Source of the DNA: Gammaproteobacteria bacterium
Lineage (GTDB): Bacteria > Pseudomonadota > Gammaproteobacteria > HK1
Direction: 5' to 3'
Length of the DNA stretch: 40,544 nt
Assembly (NCBI GenBank): GCA_041581935.1
Contig: JBFICP010000001.1
Span: 1-40,544 of the forward strand
A program made the translations under genes and the position numbers. This document shows positions 1 to 8,644 of the stretch, piece after piece. The first letter of the stretch is position 1; each line of letters starts with the position of its first letter. Below the pieces are notes generated by a model. That model was not told the origin of the DNA. It worked only from the letters and a program-made list of their open reading frames with translations, and ran no database searches.

Positions 1-1013
1 ACGCGGTTTCTGCCATGGCGCTTGGCATCCGCCATGGCGACATCGGCACGGCTGAGTAACGCGTCCATTATCTCGCCGTCGGTCGCGTCCTCGGCCGAAC
101 CGTCTCCGCTTTCGGCAAGGTCAGCCGGATACATCGCGACGCCAACGCTGGCGGTAACGAACACTTCTCGACCCGCGACTCGATAGGGCTTCGCCAACGC
201 GGTGTTGATTTCTCCTGCCAGTCTGACCGCGTCGTCGACACGCACTACATTGTGAAGTAGCAGCACGAACTCGTCGCCGCCGATCCGCGACAGCGCCATG
301 TCCTCGTGCTCCACTCCAGAGATGACTGCAATATCGGAGTCGCGAATCCAGCTTTCGAGCCTCTTCGCCACACCCTTCAGCAGTCCGTCCCCGCTGGTGT
401 TACCCAGCGTGTCGTTGACCTTCTTGAAGTGATCGAGGTCGAAGTACAGCAACGCGAAGCTCTTCGACGCTTCTTTCGTCCGCGCCAGGGCTTTCGCGAA
501 ATACATCATGAAAAAGCGCCGATTGGGAAGCCCCGTCAGCACGTCGAATTTCATCAACCGATCCTGGTTGGCCTTGGTCGCCAGCGTATTGCGCACGCGT
601 AATGCCAGCTCGCTGGGATCAACCGGCTTGTTGAGCACATCTGTGGCCCCGAGCTCCAAAGCCTTGAGCTTGGTTTCCGAATCCGTCGCGGCCGTGATTA
701 TGATTGACGGGATATACTGCAGCTCTTCGTCCATCCCCATTGATTCGAGGATATCGAGTCCCGTAACCTCCGGCATCATCACGTCGAGCAGAACGATGTC
801 CGGCTTTTTGCTCTGCATCAGCGCGATGGCCTCCTTCGGGTCGGTCGTCGACACGAAGTTCTTGTAGTCCGCATCCTCGAGAAGATTAGATAGTGTCTCG
901 ACGATGATCGGCTCATCGTCGACCATCATGATGGTCGCCTGCTTCAGGGCTTCGAGGCGCACATCCTGGTCCCCCGCCGAGACTTTGTCTGATTTCTGCT
1001 CGATTGCCGCCAT
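1..1013 (-). CDS. Response regulator, receiver (REC) + GGDEF diguanylate cyclase; 3' end cut by the window edge
   Basis: It is absent from the ORF track because it is open at the edge. My minus-strand translation from ATG 1013..1011 reads MAAIEQKSDK...ATIMMVDDEPIIVETLSNLLEDADY...DIVLLDVMMPEVTGLDIL (CheY-like REC). It continues LTGLPNRRFF...DHFKKVNDTLGNTSGD...RIGGDEFVLLL (intact GGDEF). Confidence 0.85.
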   Translation of the reverse strand, partial: MAAIEQKSDKVSAGDQDVRLEALKQATIMMVDDEPIIVETLSNLLEDADYKNFVSTTDPKEAIALMQSKKPDIVLLDVMMPEVTGLDILESMGMDEELQYIPSIIITAATDSETKLKALELGATDVLNKPVDPSELALRVRNTLATKANQDRLMKFDVLTGLPNRRFFMMYFAKALARTKEASKSFALLYFDLDHFKKVNDTLGNTSGDGLLKGVAKRLESWIRDSDIAVISGVEHEDMALSRIGGDEFVLLLHNVVRVDDAVRLAGEINTALAKPYRVAGREVFVTASVGVAMYPADLAESGDGSAEDATDGEIMDALLSRADVAMADAKRHGRNR

Positions 1014-1022
1014 GAGCTCTGC

Positions 1023-3074
1023 CTACGCGCCCTTGTCGGAAGCCCGCCCGCCCAGCGCTTCGGCGGCCTGGCGCGCGCTTTTCTGCCACTCGGTTGTTTG
1101 CTCGACGGAGAGTTGTCCTTGAAACTCGTCGCAACCCCATTTCTTGAGGAACTTCAGCTGATCTTCCGATTCGACGCCTTCGGCCACGATCTTCAATCCC
1201 ATTCCCTTGGCGAGCTTAATGGCGGCGACAACGACCGCTGCCGCATCACTATTGCCGGGAATTTCCTTTACGAGCGATGCATCCACTTTGATCTCGTCGA
1301 GCGGAAAACGCTTCAGATAACCCATGGAGCAAAGTCCGGTACCGAAATGGTCAAGACACAAATTGACGCCGAGGCGCTTGAGCTCCCGCAACGCGTCCAG
1401 ATTTCTTTCGGGATTTTCCATGAGCACTTCCTCGGGAAACTTCAAGGTCAGAAACTTTCCGTCCAAGCCCGTCTTCTCAAGTGTTTTACGAATAGTATTG
1501 GCGAGATTCTCGACATTCCGAAACTGTCGTCCCGATATGTTCATCGACACGCGGATCGAATCGAATCCCGACTGTTGCCACCGCTTGTTGAGTGCGCACG
1601 CAAGAAGCAGTGCCCGCTCCCCCGCGGGTATGATGAGCCCGGTCTCCTCTGCGATCGGAAGAAACTTCTCAGGGGGTACTATCCCCCACTCGGAGTGCCT
1701 CCATCGCAGCGTGCCTTCGGCGCCCGACACTCGTCCTGAAGTCGTCTCCAGCTTTGGCTGAATAGAGAGAAACAGCTCGTGTCGGGAGGGAGCGAGCTGC
1801 AATTGCTCTTCGAGTCGCTGACGTTCCTGAGACTTGACGTTGTATTCTTTCGAATGATGCTGGAAGTCATTGCCGCCGTTCTTTTTCGCCTCTGCCATCG
1901 CAGCGCCGGCATTCGCCACCAACGCGTCGGTGGTGGTGCCGTCTCCGGGAAAAATTGTTATGCCGATGCTGGCGGTGATGCTCACTTGTCGACCGCCTAC
2001 GTGGAGCGGCTTCTCCAGCATCGACAGTAGTCGCCGCGATAACAGGTCGGCAACTTCCACATGCGGCAATATCGGAATCAACACTCCGAACTCGTCACCA
2101 TCGACTCGAGACAATGCAATCTCGTCATCATTCACTCCCGAGACACCGGGCAGATCGCTTTCGCGCATATGCTCCTCCAAAGCCGCGGCGACAGCTTTGA
2201 GAACAGCATCTCCGATCTCGGTTCCGAGCGTATCGTTGACGTGCTGGAAGCGATCGATGCCGATCAGGAGCAAGGCACACTCACCGCTCGATTCGCCGGC
2301 ACATTTGAGCACGCGAGTGAATCGCTCCATGAATAACCGGCGGTTCGGCAGCCCCGTCAGATCGTCGTAATTCAACAAACGATCCTGGTGGGCTTTCGCG
2401 GTAAGGGTGTTGCGAACCCTGAGCGCGAGCTCACTGGGGTCGACCGGCTTACCGAGAACGTCGGTAGCACCCAGACCGAGGGCCAGCAGCTTGGTAGCGG
2501 AATCGGTGGCCCCGGTGAGAACGATCGCCGGAATGTGCTTCAATGATTCGTCGCCGCGCATACCGTTGAGAATGTCCAGTCCGGTGACGCCGGGCATGTT
2601 GACATCCAGCAGTACGACATCGGGCTTGTTTTCACCCAAGAGATCCAGCGCCGAGGAGGAATCGGTAGTTGCGATGAAGCTGCGATAACCGGCATCTTCG
2701 AGGACGCTCTTGAGTATATCGACGATGATGGACTCATCGTCGACTATCATGATGGTGGCCTTGGATGTGGCCTCGAAGCGTGAATCCGCCGCTTTCGCGT
2801 CGCCCCGTGTGACGGGTTTTGCGCCGCATGGAGCCCCACCGGCGCCGGACGGGCACGGATCGTCTTCCGGCCGCGCTTGCCCCGCGCGGGAAGCCTGTTC
2901 AATTTCGGGTGGCGCGCCGGTTTGCATTGGCATAATAGGCGGTGTACCGGGCGGCCTCGCGGGCACCAGAAAACACTCCTGAAGCATAGCCCGCCACGGG
3001 CCGCGCGCCGGACGGCGATGGTGAAGCCGGTCACATGGCGCGCCTTCGACCGCACTGCTTCGAGCGCGGTGCAA
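1023..3074 (-). CDS. Response regulator REC + degenerate GGDEF + EAL-type domain (c-di-GMP turnover or sensing); start uncertain
   Basis: 683-aa ORF. REC: IMIVDDESIIVDILKSVLEDAGY...DVVLLDVNMPGVTGLDIL. GGDEF region: LTGLPNRRLF...RVDGDEFGVLI. EAL region: GAEGTLRWRH...FLPIAEETGLI...MNISGRQF...LDHFGTG...IKVDASLV...AEGVESE...CDEFQGQL. The track start at 3074 is a TTG without an SD. ATGs at 2987, 2933 and 2927 are alternatives. Confidence 0.85.
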   Translation of the reverse strand: MHRARSSAVEGAPCDRLHHRRPARGPWRAMLQECFLVPARPPGTPPIMPMQTGAPPEIEQASRAGQARPEDDPCPSGAGGAPCGAKPVTRGDAKAADSRFEATSKATIMIVDDESIIVDILKSVLEDAGYRSFIATTDSSSALDLLGENKPDVVLLDVNMPGVTGLDILNGMRGDESLKHIPAIVLTGATDSATKLLALGLGATDVLGKPVDPSELALRVRNTLTAKAHQDRLLNYDDLTGLPNRRLFMERFTRVLKCAGESSGECALLLIGIDRFQHVNDTLGTEIGDAVLKAVAAALEEHMRESDLPGVSGVNDDEIALSRVDGDEFGVLIPILPHVEVADLLSRRLLSMLEKPLHVGGRQVSITASIGITIFPGDGTTTDALVANAGAAMAEAKKNGGNDFQHHSKEYNVKSQERQRLEEQLQLAPSRHELFLSIQPKLETTSGRVSGAEGTLRWRHSEWGIVPPEKFLPIAEETGLIIPAGERALLLACALNKRWQQSGFDSIRVSMNISGRQFRNVENLANTIRKTLEKTGLDGKFLTLKFPEEVLMENPERNLDALRELKRLGVNLCLDHFGTGLCSMGYLKRFPLDEIKVDASLVKEIPGNSDAAAVVVAAIKLAKGMGLKIVAEGVESEDQLKFLKKWGCDEFQGQLSVEQTTEWQKSARQAAEALGGRASDKGA

Positions 3075-3147
3075 GCAAATAGGAAGAAGACGATTTTCGG
3101 AACCTAAAGGGGGCAGCCGGACGACGTCCCGTAGGTTCCCGGTGGAG

Positions 3148-3780
3148 CTATCCCGCGGCCCCGGCGCCGGGTGTACCGGCTTCGCCCACTTGCTCGGTTC
3201 CCCAGCCGCCCCTCGCCGCCAATGCCATCATGACGAAGGCCCAGCCACTGAAAATCATTTCAATGCCGAACAAGACACCGATTATCCAAAGAGCGCTGGT
3301 GGGAAACTGCGCGCCGATGTAAATGGCCAGCACAAGAGACAGAATGCCGCTGACGGTTATCCAGCCACGCTGAGGCAGCTTCTCGACGCGGATCGCGAGA
3401 AGAATTTTGAAGATGCCCGATAATACGAAGTAAACCAGAATCGTTGCGGTCAGAGCCAGCAATCCGGCGACCGGGTTCACGATCATTATCAGACCGACAC
3501 CGAGATATAGCAGCCCGCAAAGAGTCTGCAGTAACCCACCGCGCCAACCGGTGGCTTTCAATGCGTGCACGCCGTGGGCGACGCCGCTGATCACAAGCAG
3601 CCAACCGACCAGCAACTCGACCGCGATGCCCGACGCAAACGGCGTACCGATGGCAATCACGCCGAGCACGATCAAAGCGATGCCGAGCGCCATGAACCAG
3701 CCCCAACGTTCGCTGACCGCCTTCAAATCCAGATCGACGATTTTTCCCGCGAGGCCGCTGTCACCGACTGTCTCGTTCAT
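3148..3780 (-). CDS. HdeD/DUF308-like multi-pass membrane protein
   Basis: The ORF is hydrophobic and Gly-rich, with about 6 predicted TM helices (WFMALGIALIVLGVIAIG, LLVGWLLVISGVAHG, LLYLGVGLIMIV, and others). I prefer the ATG at 3780 (MNETVGD) because GGGGGA lies about 8 nt upstream. The track ORF extends to 3882. Confidence 0.55.
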   Translation of the reverse strand: MNETVGDSGLAGKIVDLDLKAVSERWGWFMALGIALIVLGVIAIGTPFASGIAVELLVGWLLVISGVAHGVHALKATGWRGGLLQTLCGLLYLGVGLIMIVNPVAGLLALTATILVYFVLSGIFKILLAIRVEKLPQRGWITVSGILSLVLAIYIGAQFPTSALWIIGVLFGIEMIFSGWAFVMMALAARGGWGTEQVGEAGTPGAGAAG

Positions 3781-3842
3781 GAAGCTTCCCCCTGAGATTG
3801 TGCTAGCCCGATTATACCGCGAGGTAAGGCTTCTCGCCGACG

Positions 3843-5153
3843 TCAGCGCCGACAATCCAGCCAATCCCGAAGGCGATACCATTCGGTAACGACGGGAACC
3901 ATTCGTCGAGTGAGAAAATGCACCGGGTAGTGACGGAAATTCAGGTCATCAAAGGCGGTGTGCCCTTCCTTGTCTCCGAGTATCTTCAGGGCCACCTTGT
4001 GACCGAAGTACGTCGAACGCACGACTCCGGTGCCACAGTAGCCCATCGCGAAGTAGATGCGATCCCGGTTACCCAGGTGGGGAAACACGTCCTGCGTATA
4101 CGCGACGTATCCCGACCAGGCGTGAGTAATGCGTGTGCCCGCGAGCTCGGGAAAGACACGCAGCATGTCGTCATAAAGATGCACGAAGCCCTCGGCATCT
4201 TCGGGCAGCGATCCGCCCTTTATCCTGCCACCCCACAGAAACCGCCTGCCTTCGGTGCATAGCCGCATGTAGTGGTAGATACGCGAGCTGCTGCCGACAA
4301 CGCGGTTTTTCGGCATCAATCGCCGAACCTGCTCGGGGGCCAAGGGTTCGGTGGCGATGATGGCGCTGCCGATTGGGACGACGCGGCGATTGAACATCGG
4401 AAGCTGCGCGCCGGTGTAGCCGTTGGTGGCGACCAGCACGCAGCGCGCCTGCAACCGGCCGCGACCGGTGCTCACGAAGACGCGCCCGGAATTTTCAGAA
4501 ATTGCGCCAACGGGGTTGTGGCCTATGACCTTCGCCCCCGCAGCCTCGGCCTTTTCCAGCAATCCACGATGATAAAGGGCCGGATGCAGCGAGCCGTCAT
4601 TGGGCAGCACGGCACCGCCGTGATAGAAATCGCTGCCGACCTCCGCGTGCTGCTCGCTCCGGGGCACCATGTGTGACTCGACGCCGGCGAGTCTGCGCAT
4701 GTCCTCCATATCCCGGGCTAGCGCCTCGTAGTGGCGCGGAATTACCGCCCCGCGGAATCGTCCGACGCGAGAGAAATGACAATCGATGCCCTCGCCTTCT
4801 ATGAACTCGCCGAGGTGGCGAAGCATCGCCAGGCCTTCGGTGACCAGTGCCCGGGCCTTTTGCTCACCGTGGTTCGCGATCAGCTGGGCGGCGGTGAACT
4901 TCTGATTGCCGGTGCCGCATTGACCACCGTTGCGGGTGCTGGCGCCGTAGCCGGGCGCTTCGGCGTCGATGACGACGACCTCGCGCCCGGCCCGTGCCAG
5001 GGTGAGTGCTGCCGACAGACCGGTATAACCGGCGCCGACGATGACGACGTCGGCGCTCGCCGGCATCGCTGTCTCGGCATGCGCGCGTGGCGCCGCCGCC
5101 TCCCACCACCAAGGGGTGAATTTCACATCATGCGAAAAAGCCTCGAGCGTCAT
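3843..5153 (-). CDS. FAD-dependent oxidoreductase, PuuB/OrdL (gamma-glutamylputrescine oxidoreductase-like) family
   Basis: 436 aa. Dinucleotide fold VVIVGAGYTGLSAALTLARAGREVVVIDAEAPGYGASTRNGGQ. It recalls E. coli PuuB along its length (YHYMRLCTEGRRFLWGGR, MGYCGTGV, C-terminal FRHYP...YRLRDWL). A GAGG SD lies before ATG 5153. Confidence 0.8.
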   Translation of the reverse strand: MTLEAFSHDVKFTPWWWEAAAPRAHAETAMPASADVVIVGAGYTGLSAALTLARAGREVVVIDAEAPGYGASTRNGGQCGTGNQKFTAAQLIANHGEQKARALVTEGLAMLRHLGEFIEGEGIDCHFSRVGRFRGAVIPRHYEALARDMEDMRRLAGVESHMVPRSEQHAEVGSDFYHGGAVLPNDGSLHPALYHRGLLEKAEAAGAKVIGHNPVGAISENSGRVFVSTGRGRLQARCVLVATNGYTGAQLPMFNRRVVPIGSAIIATEPLAPEQVRRLMPKNRVVGSSSRIYHYMRLCTEGRRFLWGGRIKGGSLPEDAEGFVHLYDDMLRVFPELAGTRITHAWSGYVAYTQDVFPHLGNRDRIYFAMGYCGTGVVRSTYFGHKVALKILGDKEGHTAFDDLNFRHYPVHFLTRRMVPVVTEWYRLRDWLDCRR

Positions 5154-5193
5154 ATCCTCAGTCTCACCTGGCTTCGATCAAAGAAGCCGAGCC

Positions 5194-5207
5194 GAGCGAA
5201 GCCCGAC
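5194..5207. repeat. Partial copy of a REP-like intergenic core (gagcgaagcccgac)
   Basis: The 14-mer differs at one base from gagcaaagcccgac at 23012..23025. It lies in the 71-nt spacer between two minus-strand genes, next to a small hairpin ggcttc/gaagcc (5170..5188). Confidence 0.4.
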
Positions 5208-5224
5208 ATTCGACCGTTGCGCGA

Positions 5225-6103
5225 TCATGCCTGAACTCCCGACAGGGTCGCGACACCCGCCAGTATCATTCCAATTCCCAGCCATTGCACCCAGGACATG
5301 GCTTCACGTATGACCAGACGCGCAAGCAGAACCGTCACTGCGGAGAATGTCGATGCCAGTACGGCGGTCACGGCAGACGTCGCGTCCTGGCTGCCGGCTA
5401 CCAGCGCCAGAAGCGCGCCGCCGTCGAGAACGCCTTGCGCACACAGAATCGGCCACCAGCGCATTGGTATTCGCGGCATCTCGCGACGGGCCGCGAACAG
5501 CACAATGCAGCAGGCCAGGCTTATCCAGCGACCGAGAAACACGGCCTGGACTTCCCCGTAGATGGCTCCCGCCTCCTGTCCGGCAGCCACGGTGACGGCA
5601 AACGCGAGCGACGCCGCCAGCGCAATCAGCACTGTGATACGAAGGTGTGCACGCGTAAACGCGCCTCGGCTTTCGAAGTGTCTTGCCGAGCGCGCGACCA
5701 CGAAAACACCGACCATGACTGCGGCCATGGCGGCCCACTCCATCGCGCCCGGGCGCAAGCCGAGCGCCAGAGCGAGCAGAATATTGAAGGCTGGAAAGGT
5801 GCCGGCGATCGGTGCGACGATCGTTACGGGCCCGCGCACCAACCCCTGATAGAGCAACAGAGTTGCCAAGGTCAATCCGACGCCCATCAGCAGCAGCAAC
5901 CACCACCCGGCGCCCAGGTCACCGCCCAGTTCGCCGATGGGTAGATCGACGACGAGCACGACGCCGGTAAGAACCACCGCGCTCGCCACCAACATGCCGA
6001 ACAGGGCGTTGACATGACCGACGGCGCCGCCGGTGAAGCGCGCGATGAAGTCCGCGCTGCCCCAGGCGACGGCCGCCACGACGCCACCCAGCGCGGCGTT
6101 CAT
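5225..6103 (-). CDS. EamA/DMT-family transporter (10-TM permease)
   Basis: 292 aa and strongly hydrophobic, with a two-fold repeated 5-TM organisation. The N-terminal AAVAWGSADFIARF is typical of EamA domains. Confidence 0.75.
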   Translation of the reverse strand: MNAALGGVVAAVAWGSADFIARFTGGAVGHVNALFGMLVASAVVLTGVVLVVDLPIGELGGDLGAGWWLLLLMGVGLTLATLLLYQGLVRGPVTIVAPIAGTFPAFNILLALALGLRPGAMEWAAMAAVMVGVFVVARSARHFESRGAFTRAHLRITVLIALAASLAFAVTVAAGQEAGAIYGEVQAVFLGRWISLACCIVLFAARREMPRIPMRWWPILCAQGVLDGGALLALVAGSQDATSAVTAVLASTFSAVTVLLARLVIREAMSWVQWLGIGMILAGVATLSGVQA

Positions 6104-6150
6104 GCAGAAGTGCTCGTTACGTTAATATATTTTGAACGAACGTTGTTCAC

Positions 6151-6753
6151 GTGGCCGCGAGCCCGCTTTCGCCAATGGCCGATATCGACGACGACGATCC
6201 GAAAGTCGCTCCGCTGGACCCCGCCGGTCGGGCCACGCGGCGCGCGTTTCTCGCCTGGCAGTGCCGCATCCGCCAGATGGCGGTGCGCCGGGCCGGCGGT
6301 CGCCCCAGTGCGGGCATGCGCCCCGGCGTCTCGGTGCCACCCCACCGGATGGACCTGGGCCCGGTAATCGTGCTCATCCGAAAAAAAGCGTCACAGGATA
6401 CGACGGCTCAGTTTCGACACATGGTGAAAAGAACACGGGACCCCGCTGAGCGCCGCGAAAGCGCGCTGCGTTTTCTGGCGGCCGCTTACTACCAAACACC
6501 TGATTCATTCAGCGACGAGATGACGGCGTTATTTGGTCCGTGCTCCGCGCTGCTCGATCGCGTTCTCGATGCGGGTCGGTGCGTCCTCGACTTCGAGCAA
6601 TTCGAGCAGCGATACCGGCTGGACTGCCGCGTGCGCGAGTTGGCGAGCTCCGACCCGGCGTTTGAGTTCACCTTCTGGCACAACAGCCTGTTCAATCCGG
6701 CGATACCTGGAGATGCACGAGTCATCGCCTTCAAGCCCGACTGGTCCGACTGA
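6151..6753 (+). CDS. Hypothetical protein, no recognisable domain
   Basis: 200-aa ORF, convergent with the downstream operon. The C-terminal two thirds look protein-like (ALRFLAAAYYQTPDSFSDEMTALFG...FEFTFWHNSLFNP). The start is uncertain (ATG 6151 or 6175). Confidence 0.5.
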   Translation: MAASPLSPMADIDDDDPKVAPLDPAGRATRRAFLAWQCRIRQMAVRRAGGRPSAGMRPGVSVPPHRMDLGPVIVLIRKKASQDTTAQFRHMVKRTRDPAERRESALRFLAAAYYQTPDSFSDEMTALFGPCSALLDRVLDAGRCVLDFEQFEQRYRLDCRVRELASSDPAFEFTFWHNSLFNPAIPGDARVIAFKPDWSD

Positions 6754-6816
6754 CATTGACCCGTAAATCGGTCTTGGCACGGCGACACTCGACCTACGGT
6801 AAAAAGCAATTCCGGA

Positions 6817-7227
6817 TCAGAATTTTCGATAGGCCTTGTTCAAGTCCACCATCGGATGGCGCCGGGACATCTGAAACTTCACTAGCAACTCGCGCGCCAG
6901 CATATCCCGGTCCTGCTGATTATTCGGGAGCTTCATGTTCTCCGGTATGCTGACCCAGCCGTTGATATTGCGATCGAAGACCGCGGGACGGCCGTCCTCA
7001 TAGCCCATGTGAATATCCTCGAGCCAGTTGAGATCATCCCAACCCATGGTTTCCATGTACTTTTTCAGAAACGGCGTCAGGCGCGAGTAGTCCGGAACCA
7101 GGTTGACGTCGTAACGGTAGCCGATGTGCTGGCCAATCTGCTGCTCTCGATCGGTGTCGATTCCGGAGCCTTTCATGTAGCGATCGACATCGTCGCCCGT
7201 CGAACTCGTCTCGGTCTTTTTAGCCAT
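6817..7227 (-). CDS. Hypothetical hydrophilic 136-aa protein, last gene of the glutamate-synthase-like operon
   Basis: An AAGGAG SD lies about 8 nt upstream of ATG 7227, immediately after the stop of the upstream gene (7240..7242). I recognise no TM segment and no known motif (…YMETMGWDDLNWLEDIHMGYEDGRPAVFDRNINGW…). Confidence 0.7.
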   Translation of the reverse strand: MAKKTETSSTGDDVDRYMKGSGIDTDREQQIGQHIGYRYDVNLVPDYSRLTPFLKKYMETMGWDDLNWLEDIHMGYEDGRPAVFDRNINGWVSIPENMKLPNNQQDRDMLARELLVKFQMSRRHPMVDLNKAYRKF

Positions 7228-7239
7228 GAAATTGCTCCT

Positions 7240-8625
7240 TCAGAATCGCGTCATGTCCGGGCGGCCGACGGTATATTGGGTGCCTGCGAGGGGCACTTGC
7301 GCCATCGCCGATGCTTCGGACGTGAGGGCCGCCAGATCCTCCGGCTCCAGAGAATGCACGTTGGTTTTGCCGCAGGCGCGGGCCATCATCTGGCATTCGA
7401 TGGTAAGCGTATGCAGGAAATTGTAGACCCGCTCGGCGGCGGCATCCGGATCCAGCCGCTTGCGCAATACCGGGTCTTGGGTCGCGACGCCGACGGGACA
7501 GCGCCCCGTGTGGCAGTGATAACAATATCCCGCCGGGACACCGATTTCGCGTTCGAAGTCCGATTCAGGAATTGCCTTGTTGCAATTGAGCGCCATCAAG
7601 GAAGAGTGCCCGATGGCCACCGCGTCTGCGCCCAGCGCCAACGCTTTGGCCACGTCGCCGCCGTTTCGAATGCCGCCCGCGTAGATGAGCGAGATCTCTC
7701 CCGACTTTCCCACGTCGTCGAGCGCGTGCCGCGCCTGGCGAATGGCGGCGATTCCCGGTACCCCGGTTTCCTCGGTGGCAAGATGCGGGCCGGCGCCGGT
7801 GCTACCTTCCATACCATCCATGTAGATGCAGTCCGGATCGGTCTTCGCGGCCATGCGCACGTCGTCGTATACACGTGCCGCGCCGAGCTTCAACTGAATC
7901 GGAATCTCCCAGTTGGTGGCTTCTCGAATCTCCTCAATTTTGAGCGCGAGGTCGTCAGGTCCAAGCCAGTCGGGATGGCGCGCGGGGGATCGCTGATCAA
8001 TGCCGGCCGGCAACGAGCGCATTTCCGCCACCTGATCAGTGACCTTCTGGCCCATGAGATGGCCGCCGAGTCCAACCTTGCACCCCTGACCGATGAAAAA
8101 CTCACACGCGTCGGCGAGTCGCAGATGGTGTGGATTGAAGCCGTAACGCGACTGAATGCACTGGTAAAACCATTTCTCCGAGTAACGGCGCTCGTCGGGA
8201 ATCATGCCACCTTCCCCGGAGCACGTGGCGGATCCGGCCATTGTCGCACCACGCGCAAGCGCGGTCTTGGCCTCGTAGCTGAGCGCGCCGAAGCTCATGC
8301 CGGTGATGTACACGGGAATATCCAGCACCAGTGGACGTTTGGCCCGCGGGCCGAGCACGGTTTTGGTGTCGCACTTCTCGCGATAGCCTTCGATGACGAA
8401 GCGCGTCAGCGTCCCGGGCAGAAATGTGAGATCGTCCCAGCTCGGAATTTTCTTGAAAATCGAGAAGCCGCGCATGCGGTAGCGCCCGAGCTCCGCCTTG
8501 ATGTGTATGTCGTTGATGACTTCCGGTGGAAACAGAAAACTCTTCCCGAGCCTGTACCGCTCGCTCTCCGCCGGCTTGGACACGGGCGCCGGGGTGACTT
8601 CCGACTTGGCCATTTTGCTACTCAT
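7240..8625 (-). CDS. FMN-binding glutamate synthase family protein (GltB central-domain-like; MgsC/GlxC-like)
   Basis: 461 aa. Motifs: ITGMSFGALSYEAK, SGEGGM, GQGCKVGLGGHLMGQKVT, DGMEGSTGAGP, GGIRNGGDVAKALALGADAVAIG, CYHCHTGRCPVGVATQDP. A GGAGAGG SD is present. Confidence 0.9.
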   Translation of the reverse strand: MSSKMAKSEVTPAPVSKPAESERYRLGKSFLFPPEVINDIHIKAELGRYRMRGFSIFKKIPSWDDLTFLPGTLTRFVIEGYREKCDTKTVLGPRAKRPLVLDIPVYITGMSFGALSYEAKTALARGATMAGSATCSGEGGMIPDERRYSEKWFYQCIQSRYGFNPHHLRLADACEFFIGQGCKVGLGGHLMGQKVTDQVAEMRSLPAGIDQRSPARHPDWLGPDDLALKIEEIREATNWEIPIQLKLGAARVYDDVRMAAKTDPDCIYMDGMEGSTGAGPHLATEETGVPGIAAIRQARHALDDVGKSGEISLIYAGGIRNGGDVAKALALGADAVAIGHSSLMALNCNKAIPESDFEREIGVPAGYCYHCHTGRCPVGVATQDPVLRKRLDPDAAAERVYNFLHTLTIECQMMARACGKTNVHSLEPEDLAALTSEASAMAQVPLAGTQYTVGRPDMTRF

Positions 8626-8644
8626 TGCAGTCCTCTCCGGGGCG

